Of a stretch of 52,973 nt of DNA, positions 39,229 to 48,248 are shown piece after piece (positions within the stretch are counted from its first letter, which is position 1; each line of letters opens with the position of its first letter). Made by a program: the position numbers and the translations under genes. Source of the stretch: Candidatus Dormiibacterota bacterium (lineage in GTDB: Bacteria > Chloroflexota > Dormibacteria > Aeolococcales > Aeolococcaceae); NCBI GenBank assembly GCA_003136295.1, contig PLDZ01000232.1, positions 1 to 52,973 of the forward strand. The letters are read 5' to 3'. Under the pieces are notes generated by a model. That model did not search any database, had not been told where the DNA came from, and saw only the letters and a list, made by a program, of their open reading frames with translations.

Positions 39229-42200
39229 TTACGGTGTCGCTAACTTCGGAGCTGCGGGTCTCTTACGCGTCGACGACGGACACGCTCGCCAGTAGGCGCA
39301 CCCCCAGCACGGCGGCTCGTTTGGCGCCAGTCGTACCCCTCTCACCAACGTCGTCATTAGCCTCTCGACACCCAGCCAGCCGTCATCCCCACCGCGATGT
39401 ACCAAGCCGGTCCGCATCTCCATCAGTAACGCCCGGGCGTCGAGACCCAAGGCCTCCTTGATCGCCCGCTGATAAATGGCCAGTTGTCGCCCGTACACGG
39501 TCAGCGCCTCGGCCCCCAGGGAGCGGTTGGTCTTGTAGTCGACCACCCAGGCTCGGCCATCGGCGTCCCTGCAGAGACGATCGATGAATCCGCGTACCAA
39601 TACGGGCCGGCCACCTACATCAACCGCGAGATTGACCTCTTGTTCCGTGGCGATCGTCGGCATCCGAGCGACCTCCGTCGTCAGGTAGCGCTCGAACATT
39701 CGCCCCGCGCTCGCAGCCCACGCGGCTGAGGCGCTCTCGGCGCCCAAAGCGACAGATCCAATCTCATCCCAAAGGGCGCGCAGACGCGGGATCCCGCCAG
39801 TACCGTCCTCCGGCCCGGGCTGATGAAACCGCTCCAGGACGGCGTGAACAAGCGACCCAAGATCCGCAGCACCAATCGAGCCGAGGTGGGCTGTCTCGCG
39901 CTTCGGGGATAAGTCGTCCGGCGGAGCCGGCAGCCGCCACTCAAACATGTATTGGTACCGCAGACCGCACTGGGCCAGGACTTCGAGTTGCGAAAAGGAC
40001 ACCACCAAGCGTTCGGCGGTTTCGGCACCCCGATCGCGGGCCAGCGCCCCGGCGCCGCTCGGAAGCGCTATGGCGGCCGGCTTTTGGGCGTCAGGTACAG
40101 ACGCCACGCTCGGTGGTCTCGCCGCATCGCCGGATTCCGTTTCTAGGAGAGTCCCGCAACCACCATCGCGAAGGAATAGCCCCATCGTTCGGAAGTGGTC
40201 GTCAGCGGGATCCCTCCGCGCCCGGCCGTTACCGTCAAGTACCGAGAACACCGAGTCCCAATCCGGCTCTTTCTTTCGCGTCGCCGAGACAAACAACTGC
40301 CGCTCCGCCCGGGTGATCGCGACATACACGAGCCGACGCGACTCGGCTCGATCCACATCCTTGGGGAGATCGCCCGCTCTCGCGGTGACGAAGTCGCCGT
40401 GCTTCCGTGTTGGGTTCTTCGTGTCACCGAGATCCTTGATGATCAGCCCCATTTCATCGTCGAAGAAGAGCCAGCCCCGGTGCTGGATGATCGGTGGCTT
40501 CACGTGCGCAAGGAAAGCGACGGGAAACTCCAGGCCCTTCGCCGCGTGGACGGTCATGAAACGTACGGCATCGGATCCCGACACATCCGCTTCGGGCACA
40601 TCGATCGCGTGTTCGTCGTGCAGGTTGACGTATCGGATGAACTCGTCGAGCCCGGTGAACGCCTGTGACGCCTCGAAGTCGCCGGCCATTCGATACAACT
40701 TGCGGAGGTTCCCGAGCCGCCGCGGAGCCTCCGACGCCTCGCTCCCCGCAAGTGCGGCATATCCAGTCTCATCGAGCACGGCCTGCACCAAGTCGCCGAC
40801 GGACATTCCAGCGCGCCGCGATGCCAACCCCCTCACCAAGTCCAGCGCAGTAGTCACGCGCTCGGCTGTGGCCGTGTCGCCCAGCTCGGTGAACCCCCCC
40901 TTCTCCGCCCGGATGACCCGATCCCACTTGTAGCGCAGCTCAAGTTCGTCACCCTCTGCACTTCGAAGAAGCCGGTGCAACTGCCCGTCGCTTACCCGGG
41001 CCAACGGCCCCTGAAGGACGCGAACCAGCGCCATGTCATTGAGCGGGTTGTCGACTACGGCCAGATAGGCCATCACGTCCTTGATCTCTTCGCGATCGAA
41101 GAAACCCTGGCCACCCGAGGTTACGTAGGGGATCCCGTGCTTGCGAAGCTCCTGCTCGAACGCGATGGGGGGTCGCGCCATGCGAGTGAGGAGTGCGATC
41201 TCATGCCAGTTGGTGCCGCCGCTGTGCACCCGCAGGATTTGCTGCGCCACAAAGCGCGCCTCGTCCTCGGGAGTGTCAGCCCGGTAGAGGGACACAGAGT
41301 GCACATCGCCGCCACCAGCATCGGCCACCAGGTCGGGCTCTTCCCCAAACTGCGCGTCCTTGCGGATGAGATGTGTCGCCAGATCGAGGATCGGTTGTAC
41401 GGATCGGTAGTTGGTCAGCAACAGTCGCTCATCGCCAGGAAAGTCGAGAAGGTTGCGGATCTGTGCGTCACGCCACCCGTAGATGCTCTGCTTGGGGTCT
41501 CCGACCACGGCGACATTCGCGAATCCGTCCTGCGCGAGCAGCTCCAGGACATCGCGCTGGATCCGGCTCGTGTCCTGGAACTCGTCCACGATGATGTACT
41601 GGAACCGCTCGCGAACACGCTGCCGCCAGGCAGCGTTGTCTCTCAGTGAATCGCGGAGACGCAACAGAATGCCGTCGAAGTCGAGCATCCTCCGCGCGGC
41701 AAGCCATCGCTCGTATTCGTGGTAGGTCGCGCAGATGAGGCGAGCTACCTCCTGCTCCGCGAGTTGCTCGTTCCCCTCATCCGGCACATCGACGCCTCCC
41801 TTGTCGTGCCAGTACACCTCAGCGCAGGTCGTGCACTGTGTGGCAAGGGTATCGGGTACGATCCCACGCCCTTTCATTCCCTGGATGAAGCCGAACGCCT
41901 CCGACGATACCTTCATGGCTACTTCGGTGCTGAGGACACGCAGGTCGAGGATCCCGGCCTCGGGAATCTCCCCGTTGCGCAGCGATGTGAGCACTTGGTC
42001 CACTAGGAGACGCTCTTCCAGCGGGTCGATGACCCTCGTATCCCGGTCGAAACCAATCTCGTAGCAGTCGTCGCGCAGCAGGCGCACGCAGAGTCCGTGA
42101 AAGGTACCAACCCAAGCTGCGTCCATCGACGCACGATCCGCAACGAGGCCACCCGCAACCAGCCGATCGGTCACTCGACCGCGCAGGTCCGCCGCCGCCC

Positions 42201-42378
42201 GGTTGGTGAAAGTCACAGCAACGATGCGGTTGGGATCGAGGCCCCTCTCCGAGACCAGATACGCGAATCGCTCCACCATCGTGAGCGTCTTGCCCGTGCC
42301 GGCTCCCGCGACGATCTTCTCCGCCTGAGTCGGGTCTGCTGTTGCCGCAGCCCGCTGCAGGTCGTTGATTTCGGTCAT
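39229..42378 (-). CDS. UvrD-like helicase / RecB-type nuclease fusion, AdnA/AdnB (AddA-like) subunit, downstream partner
   Basis: Walker A GAGTGKT, motif II IIVDEFQD and motif IV TNYRS are present. The C-terminal PD-(D/E)XK module reads GFIDRL..WVVDYKTNRS, QLAIYQ. The Cys set is LAQCG plus CWGCAYWRAC. The ATG forms an ATGA overlap with the upstream gene. Confidence 0.85.
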   Translation of the reverse strand: MTEINDLQRAAATADPTQAEKIVAGAGTGKTLTMVERFAYLVSERGLDPNRIVAVTFTNRAAADLRGRVTDRLVAGGLVADRASMDAAWVGTFHGLCVRLLRDDCYEIGFDRDTRVIDPLEERLLVDQVLTSLRNGEIPEAGILDLRVLSTEVAMKVSSEAFGFIQGMKGRGIVPDTLATQCTTCAEVYWHDKGGVDVPDEGNEQLAEQEVARLICATYHEYERWLAARRMLDFDGILLRLRDSLRDNAAWRQRVRERFQYIIVDEFQDTSRIQRDVLELLAQDGFANVAVVGDPKQSIYGWRDAQIRNLLDFPGDERLLLTNYRSVQPILDLATHLIRKDAQFGEEPDLVADAGGGDVHSVSLYRADTPEDEARFVAQQILRVHSGGTNWHEIALLTRMARPPIAFEQELRKHGIPYVTSGGQGFFDREEIKDVMAYLAVVDNPLNDMALVRVLQGPLARVSDGQLHRLLRSAEGDELELRYKWDRVIRAEKGGFTELGDTATAERVTTALDLVRGLASRRAGMSVGDLVQAVLDETGYAALAGSEASEAPRRLGNLRKLYRMAGDFEASQAFTGLDEFIRYVNLHDEHAIDVPEADVSGSDAVRFMTVHAAKGLEFPVAFLAHVKPPIIQHRGWLFFDDEMGLIIKDLGDTKNPTRKHGDFVTARAGDLPKDVDRAESRRLVYVAITRAERQLFVSATRKKEPDWDSVFSVLDGNGRARRDPADDHFRTMGLFLRDGGCGTLLETESGDAARPPSVASVPDAQKPAAIALPSGAGALARDRGAETAERLVVSFSQLEVLAQCGLRYQYMFEWRLPAPPDDLSPKRETAHLGSIGAADLGSLVHAVLERFHQPGPEDGTGGIPRLRALWDEIGSVALGAESASAAWAASAGRMFERYLTTEVARMPTIATEQEVNLAVDVGGRPVLVRGFIDRLCRDADGRAWVVDYKTNRSLGAEALTVYGRQLAIYQRAIKEALGLDARALLMEMRTGLVHRGGDDGWLGVERLMTTLVRGVRLAPNEPPCWGCAYWRACPSSTRKRPAAPKLATP

Positions 42379-45300
42379 TCGGCCTCGTACGCCTCAGGTT
42401 CCTCGATGCGTCCAGGACATACCCAGGCGTAGTCGCACCCCTTGCCCCAGGCTGCGAGGCAGGTATACCCGTCGTGGCGAGGGCGCGGCGCGAAATCGCC
42501 CGCGTGGAGCTCCTCCAGCGTCGTGAGGATCCTCCCGCGGGCTTCTTCAAGCTGATCGTCGTTCAGATGGAGCGGCCCATTCTTGGGCGTCTCACTGTCG
42601 TCGGCAATGATCCGCGTCTTGCGAATCTGATCCCCCTTCATCAGGTTGGACGGGTACCAGAGTCCAACGACATGGGGATCGACAGTGGGCACACCATCCA
42701 CTTCACCCTCGCGGGAGCCGAAGAAGTAGATGAGCAACTGAAAGTCGTGAGGGACGTCACTCGTGATGCCGAGGTCGTCGCTCAGCTCACCGGTGGTCTT
42801 GCCGCTCTTACCCGTCTTGTAGTCGACGATCTCGTGGCCACCATCGTCAACGACGATGATCCGGTCGATGTAGCCGCGGATCGTGACGTCGCGCACTGGA
42901 TGCCAGGTGAATCGTGCCTCGGTCGCCGCCGTGGCCGGCGACTCATGTCCCTCGATCTCTGACTTGTAGTAATTGGCGAAGAGGCGGCGGAGCGAGCTCC
43001 GTTCGACACGGCGATCAAGCTCTCCGTCGACGGTGCGGAGGTGTGCCTCGATTGCCGTGTCACAGCACTCGGCGTAGAACGTCTCGGCGAGCGCGGCGTC
43101 GTGGCGCCACCGCCGTTCGTTCTCGGGAGCGTGGAACCGCTGGAGCGCCGCGTGGAACGCGCTACCACGAGCCGCCGCGACGCCGGACTCCGTGCGCAGT
43201 CCGAGTGTCTTGCTGTAGTAGTACTGGCGAGGGCAGGCGAGGAACTTGCTGATGCTCGATGAGCTGTCGTACGACTCACTGGTAAGGACGACCGGCTCTG
43301 ACCAGGCTTCCCAGCCGGTGAACGAGGCCGCCTCACCGTCGTCCGGCGCGCCGAGGGCACTACCTAGTGCCGGGTCGCGGTGCAGCTCTGTGTACTCGCG
43401 AAGTGGAGCGTCGCCCGCGAGTGGCTCCAGGAATGCGCTGGGGGCTCCGACCTCTTCCTTCTCGTAGGTATCCGCCCACGACAGAAACAGCATGTCCTGC
43501 GCACGCGTGGCCGCAACGTATCCGAGGCGCGCCTCCTCACGGAGGAACTCCTCGTCGGTCGCGGGCCACGGGGGAGCGAAATCCACGAGCGTTTCCTCCA
43601 GCCACTGCTGCTCATGTTTCTCCAGCAGTGGGGTCCGTGCGCGAGCCACTACAGGAAAGTGCTGCGATGCCATCGCCGGCATGAACACCACCGGGAACTC
43701 CAGTCCCTTGCTGGCGTGCGCGGTGAGGATGCGAACGACACCCTGCTCAGGCTCGTCGGCAGCCGCAAGCTCGTCGATGTATTCGGGAAGGAGTTGCTCG
43801 AGGGCTGAAATGGTTTCGATGAGTGAGGGCGGCTGGTCGGAGAGAAGGGCCTGAAATTCGGCGTGGTCGGCCACCGCCCGAAGCAACATCCGCAGCGGTC
43901 CAAGGAGCTCATCCCGCCGGGCGTCGGACGTGGTCTGTGACATCAGTAGCCGCATCACGCCGAGTTCGTCGAAGACCCCGTGCAGCAGCACATCGATAGC
44001 GACCTGACTGGCACTCGACCGCAATCGCGCCCACCGCCAGGTAAACCCGTGGATGGCATCGCGTCCCTCGTCGCTGAGGAGATCGAAGAACCTTGCGGTT
44101 CTGCGGCTCGTCTCGGTGGGCTCACGGGAGCTCCGCTCGAGGGCGTCGGCCGCGGCTTGCTCTCGCTCGAGGTCAATGCGGCTCTCGGGAGTGGGTGACG
44201 GTTCCGTGTCGCTCCACGGGAGCGGCCAGCGACGGGGATCAGCCTCGTGGAGGAGGAAGCATGTGTGCTTCAACACGTTCAGGAGCGACGTGGTGCGCAG
44301 CGTCTCCGTCGCGGCCCGTTGACGGCGCTCCGCTTCCGCGAGCAGCCGGTGAGCGTCGGCCGCTGGAACACCCGCGAAAGGCGACTCCATCACGCGCATC
44401 AGGAAGGTGTCGTCATCGGGATGAGCCAGCGCGCTCAGGGCGTGCACCGCGAACCGGACGATGTCGGACGACGCAAAGTTGGGAGATGCGCCCGCCTCGT
44501 GCGGTATGCCTGCTGCTCGGAGCGCCTCCTCGAATTGGCGGCCATGGCGGCGAACGCTACGCAGCACGATGGCAATGTCAACGGGATGGTAGCGCGGCGC
44601 GCGAGAGCGGTCCGCGGACATGAGTTCCGCGATCTGCCGGACTACCCCCGTGGCCTCGTCGGTCGCATTCTGCTCGTGCTCGCGATGCAGCACCGGAACA
44701 TCGGCATTGCCGCGGTCTGGGACGAGCGCAGCAGCGTTGAGTCCGTACCGCTCGAGAAGGCGATCCGAGCCAGCCAGAATCGCACCGAACGAGCGGTAGT
44801 TATGCACAAGATCCACACGAGTGCCGCCGAACTGCCACTTCTCCTCGAGAAAGGCAGGAAGCGTCCCGCGGAACGAATAGACGGCCTGGTTCGGATCGCC
44901 CACCACCGCCAGTCTCGGGTGGGGTTGATGCTGCTCTACGAGTTGCGCGATGAGCTTGACCTGTGCGGCGTCAACGTCCTGATACTCGTCGACGATGATG
45001 TGCTGGAACTTCGTCGACAACTCCTCTCGCAGCGCGTCGTTCCGCTCCAGAAGGAGCTGGCACTGGGCGATAACATCGCGAAAGTCCCAGAGATGACGGC
45101 GGTCCTGTTCGGCCCAATACGCCGAATAGATCCCCGCCAGGTCGCGCATCTTCGCGTTGTCAGCGTCGCGTGCGTGAGCGGTGAAGTCGTCCGCCCGAAC
45201 GAGATTCTGCTTGAGTATCCCGATGAACCACAGCGCGTCCTGCACAAGCGCCTCGCTCGTCTGTAAGGGCGCGAGGATCTCGAGCGTGCTCAGCTGCGAG

Positions 45301-45683
45301 AGCACCCGTCGCATGAGCACCTTCTCCTCGAACCCGTTGATTAGGCGAAACGGGACGATCCCGTGGAGGTGGCCGTAGGTCGTCAGGACGCGGGCAGCGA
45401 AGGAGTGGAATGTGCTCACCCACGACTCGTCGTACGAGGTGTTGTGTAGGGCATCGATCCGGCGCTTCAGATCGCCGGCCGCGTTGTTGGCGAACGTCAG
45501 TAGCAGGACCTGGCTCGGGCGTAGCCCCCTCTCGTCGAGCAGTCGCAGGTACATGGCTACCACCGTGGTCGTCTTCCCAGTTCCCGGCCCGGCGACTATC
45601 CGAAGCGGCCCCTCGTCCATAAGGTTGAGGGCGGCGACCTGCTCCGCGTTGAGATGCAAGCGGCATGCCAGAGAAACCGTCAT
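42375..45683 (-). CDS. UvrD-like helicase / RecB-type nuclease fusion, AdnA/AdnB (AddA-like) subunit, upstream partner
   Basis: Walker A GPGTGKT, motif II IIVDEYQD and motif IV HNYRS are present. The C-terminal nuclease reads GYIDRI..EIVDYKTGKS, QLLIYFF. The Cys set is FLACPRQ plus CLAAWGKGCDYAWVC. Confidence 0.85.
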   Translation of the reverse strand: MTVSLACRLHLNAEQVAALNLMDEGPLRIVAGPGTGKTTTVVAMYLRLLDERGLRPSQVLLLTFANNAAGDLKRRIDALHNTSYDESWVSTFHSFAARVLTTYGHLHGIVPFRLINGFEEKVLMRRVLSQLSTLEILAPLQTSEALVQDALWFIGILKQNLVRADDFTAHARDADNAKMRDLAGIYSAYWAEQDRRHLWDFRDVIAQCQLLLERNDALREELSTKFQHIIVDEYQDVDAAQVKLIAQLVEQHQPHPRLAVVGDPNQAVYSFRGTLPAFLEEKWQFGGTRVDLVHNYRSFGAILAGSDRLLERYGLNAAALVPDRGNADVPVLHREHEQNATDEATGVVRQIAELMSADRSRAPRYHPVDIAIVLRSVRRHGRQFEEALRAAGIPHEAGASPNFASSDIVRFAVHALSALAHPDDDTFLMRVMESPFAGVPAADAHRLLAEAERRQRAATETLRTTSLLNVLKHTCFLLHEADPRRWPLPWSDTEPSPTPESRIDLEREQAAADALERSSREPTETSRRTARFFDLLSDEGRDAIHGFTWRWARLRSSASQVAIDVLLHGVFDELGVMRLLMSQTTSDARRDELLGPLRMLLRAVADHAEFQALLSDQPPSLIETISALEQLLPEYIDELAAADEPEQGVVRILTAHASKGLEFPVVFMPAMASQHFPVVARARTPLLEKHEQQWLEETLVDFAPPWPATDEEFLREEARLGYVAATRAQDMLFLSWADTYEKEEVGAPSAFLEPLAGDAPLREYTELHRDPALGSALGAPDDGEAASFTGWEAWSEPVVLTSESYDSSSSISKFLACPRQYYYSKTLGLRTESGVAAARGSAFHAALQRFHAPENERRWRHDAALAETFYAECCDTAIEAHLRTVDGELDRRVERSSLRRLFANYYKSEIEGHESPATAATEARFTWHPVRDVTIRGYIDRIIVVDDGGHEIVDYKTGKSGKTTGELSDDLGITSDVPHDFQLLIYFFGSREGEVDGVPTVDPHVVGLWYPSNLMKGDQIRKTRIIADDSETPKNGPLHLNDDQLEEARGRILTTLEELHAGDFAPRPRHDGYTCLAAWGKGCDYAWVCPGRIEEPEAYEAE

Positions 45684-46175
45684 ATCCAGATTGTGGACGC
45701 CGTGGCGGGGCGACGCCGTACCGACGCCACAAAGCCTCCTGGAAACGATCTTCAGCCGAGCAGCTTGGACAGCGTCCGAGAGTACAGCCAGACCTGCGTC
45801 ACTGCCGTCCCCTCGATCTTAACGTAGGTCGCGACGCGAGTGATCGATCGCTGCGATGAGCAAAGACGCCTGTATAGCGCGCAGAGAAGGCGACGCTTCG
45901 GAAGGCTGGGTTCGTGGGAGAGGTTGACTCGGCCAAAGGCGACGCCCGCGTGCTACCTGACTAACTCGCTGGTTCCGGTTTGCTCATCGTCGAACGGCAT
46001 CCAAAGGCACAAGTCTGTTACAAGCTGGAGGTGCGCGTACGAGGCCGGGGCGTTTGACCGCCGCGACCGGCGCACAATCTACCTCTATGGCTGCGGCCCG
46101 AACCACACAAACGCACGGCGCTCGATCGGAGTGCGCGCTCGGGGATCCAACATACACTCGCGGAGTGGTCGGACT

Positions 46176-47420
46176 GTGAAAGCCTCGGGATTTCTTCGCT
46201 CGGTACCGGGCTTTCGTACTGGGTCACGATGGCGCGCGGTGCTAACCATCGTGTGGGCCGCATTCGGGATCCTTGGCGTCATCGGCGCCGTAGCAACACT
46301 CAGTGTCGTACTTGTATTGGAATGGGTGACAATATGGCTTGTTCCGATGCTTGCGGCGTGGGCCATCGCGAAACTAGTTGAGTCACCATACTTCCGAGCG
46401 CCGAGGGCGCAGACAGAAAGCCCCGAAACGCATCCCGGGGCCCGACCCGAACGCGCGATCCTTCCGCCACCGTTTCCTCCTCAGGGCCCGGCGGTATCAA
46501 CAGTGGCGGCGCAAAGCGACGTGCCGGCGCCCTCGGTCGTCAAGCCCTTTATTGTGAACGGTGACGTCGATGTCACGATTCTTGATCTGGCCAGCGCTAG
46601 CTATCCATATCCGGTGGCGCGTGCGGTGCGAATGTATGCAAGCGTCGAGCACGATCCTCGTGCACGGTTCGAAGGTGCACTCAACGTAGGAGAGAACCTG
46701 ATCATCATGCTCGCGGCCATCGGTCTCTCGTGGAATAGAGAGGCGTCTCCGCGATCGGAAGCCGTGCTTGCGTGGGCACGCTCCCTCACCCAAAGCGGGG
46801 TATCGCTCGGCGTATGGCTTGGGGTCGCCCGCGACGCGGCCGTCCGAGGGCAGACCGCCAAGGAAGGGATTTTTGGCCTTACAGACGCACTCTATCCCGA
46901 GCACAAACGCCACCGCTTGCTCGACGCGCTCAACGTCATCGTGGGCGCCCGGAACCGCTGGGCGCACGACGGTATGATCCACAGCGAACTGGATCTCCGG
47001 ACGCGACTGTCGGAACTCGAACCAGAAATCGCAACCGCCTTAGCCCATTCAAGGTTTCTGGCGGACTGCACTCTCAACCTAGTTAGGCGGAGTTCGCGGC
47101 AACGAGGGATTCGGCACATAAGCAACCGCGGTCTCTTACTAATGGGCGACAACCCTGTGTTCAAGCCGATTGAATTCGCCACAGATCAGTCGCTTGTGGA
47201 AGAGACGATCTACTTGCGCGACCAATCAGGTTCTATGCTCGATCTGAGCCCGTTCTACCTGGCCCACGAGTGTCCAATGTGCGGCAACCTGGAGATTTTC
47301 TACCCAAATCGCATGGCCGCCGGACGCACCGCTGTCATGATGAAAAGCACGGATACGACTCACGAATTCCGCGATCATGAACTCGTGGCAGAGTTCGTTT
47401 CCCTTATCGCCGATCCGTAG
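46176..47420 (+). CDS. 2-TM membrane-anchored protein with a HEPN-type Rx4H motif (RNRWAH)
   Basis: The GTG at 46176 lies 9 nt after GGAG. Two N-terminal hydrophobic helices are present (AVLTIVWAAFGILGVIGAVATLSVVLVL, VTIWLVPMLAAWAIAKLV), followed by a Pro-rich linker and a helical domain with LLDALNVIVGARNRWAHDG (nt 46950-46967). The ORF part upstream (45840-46175) is Arg-rich and judged non-coding. Confidence 0.65.
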   Translation: MKASGFLRSVPGFRTGSRWRAVLTIVWAAFGILGVIGAVATLSVVLVLEWVTIWLVPMLAAWAIAKLVESPYFRAPRAQTESPETHPGARPERAILPPPFPPQGPAVSTVAAQSDVPAPSVVKPFIVNGDVDVTILDLASASYPYPVARAVRMYASVEHDPRARFEGALNVGENLIIMLAAIGLSWNREASPRSEAVLAWARSLTQSGVSLGVWLGVARDAAVRGQTAKEGIFGLTDALYPEHKRHRLLDALNVIVGARNRWAHDGMIHSELDLRTRLSELEPEIATALAHSRFLADCTLNLVRRSSRQRGIRHISNRGLLLMGDNPVFKPIEFATDQSLVEETIYLRDQSGSMLDLSPFYLAHECPMCGNLEIFYPNRMAAGRTAVMMKSTDTTHEFRDHELVAEFVSLIADP

Positions 47421-47460
47421 ACAGAATACGAGTCAGGGTACCCCGCCCAGCGGCACCGGG

Positions 47461-47742
47461 CTACGGGACTATTGTGCGGTCAGTTAGCGACCACGTTCTC
47501 GGCGCCACCCTCTGAATCGCGCCTCGCCTCCTGAGGTCAACAAGCGTCCAGCGTAGACGGTAGTGCAACTCGGATCCCTTCGTTCGCCCGTGTCGCTCGT
47601 TGAGCTGATCTGAAGAGAATCGCCCCAGTCGTTCCACCCTAAGCCTTAGGTCGGATGTTGTTGCTGTCCCTGGCGACTCGGCGAGCGCCTGGAGGACGAG
47701 ATCCCGAAGGTCTGTCACGGACGGGACCCTGGACGAGGTCAT
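47461..47742 (-). CDS. small winged-helix protein resembling the Mrr N-terminal (Mrr_N) domain
   Basis: 93 aa. The pattern LRDLVLQAL..TTSDL..RV..L..FSSDQLNE..GRTKGSELHYRLRWTLVDLRRRGAI..RTWSLT matches Mrr_N-type wHTH. The ATG forms an ATGA overlap with the vsr stop. Confidence 0.6.
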   Translation of the reverse strand: MTSSRVPSVTDLRDLVLQALAESPGTATTSDLRLRVERLGRFSSDQLNERHGRTKGSELHYRLRWTLVDLRRRGAIQRVAPRTWSLTDRTIVP

Positions 47743-48239
47743 GGCGCGATTCTAGCTCGCAAACGGCATACATCGGACTCAGAAGCGGCGGCCTCTTCGA
47801 GCGCCTCGACAACACGCCGGACCGCGAGACTCGGAGGCTCGTGCTCCCACAGGCGAACGACCGTCCATCCAGCCGTCATGAGCAGGCTGTTGGAATGCGC
47901 ATCCCTTTCCTGATTCCGGGCGATCTTCGGGCCCCAATACTCTGCGTTGCGCGTTGGAAGGGCATAGTGCTGGCTGCAACCATGCCAGAAGCACCCATCC
48001 ACGAATACGGCGATCTTCCGCTTTGGAAACAGAACATCAACGACGGGGAAGCGGCCGCCAAGCGGCCGCGCGGCCACAAAATAGCGGTACCCGAGCGCGT
48101 GTAGCTGTCGACGGATCAGCAGTTCCGGCTTCGTGTCGCGTTTGCGGTTTCCTCTCATGACTGCGCGTACAGCCGGGCTCGACGCCCAGGACGCTACACT
48201 CATGTCCAGCGACGCGGTCACAGTTCTCGCGCCATTCAA
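47739..48239 (-). CDS. vsr: very short patch repair endonuclease
   Basis: Motifs RKRDTKPELLIRRQLHALGYRY, VDVLFPKRKIAVFVDGCFWHGC and NAEYWGPKIARNQERD are present. The start could instead be the ATG at 48203. Confidence 0.9.
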   Translation of the reverse strand: MNGARTVTASLDMSVASWASSPAVRAVMRGNRKRDTKPELLIRRQLHALGYRYFVAARPLGGRFPVVDVLFPKRKIAVFVDGCFWHGCSQHYALPTRNAEYWGPKIARNQERDAHSNSLLMTAGWTVVRLWEHEPPSLAVRRVVEALEEAAASESDVCRLRARIAP

Positions 48240-48248
48240 CTCGCGGTT

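Noticed and set aside
39947-40933. 328-aa plus-strand ORF (also 44247-45266, 339 aa)
   Set aside because: Both are antisense to the helicase-nuclease genes, Ser/Arg-rich and without motifs. They are shadow ORFs.
45840-46175. Upstream extension of the TM-HEPN ORF (526-aa version)
   Set aside because: The first 112 codons are Arg-rich with no hydrophobic or structured pattern. GTG 46176 has a GGAG at proper spacing and immediately precedes the TM helices.
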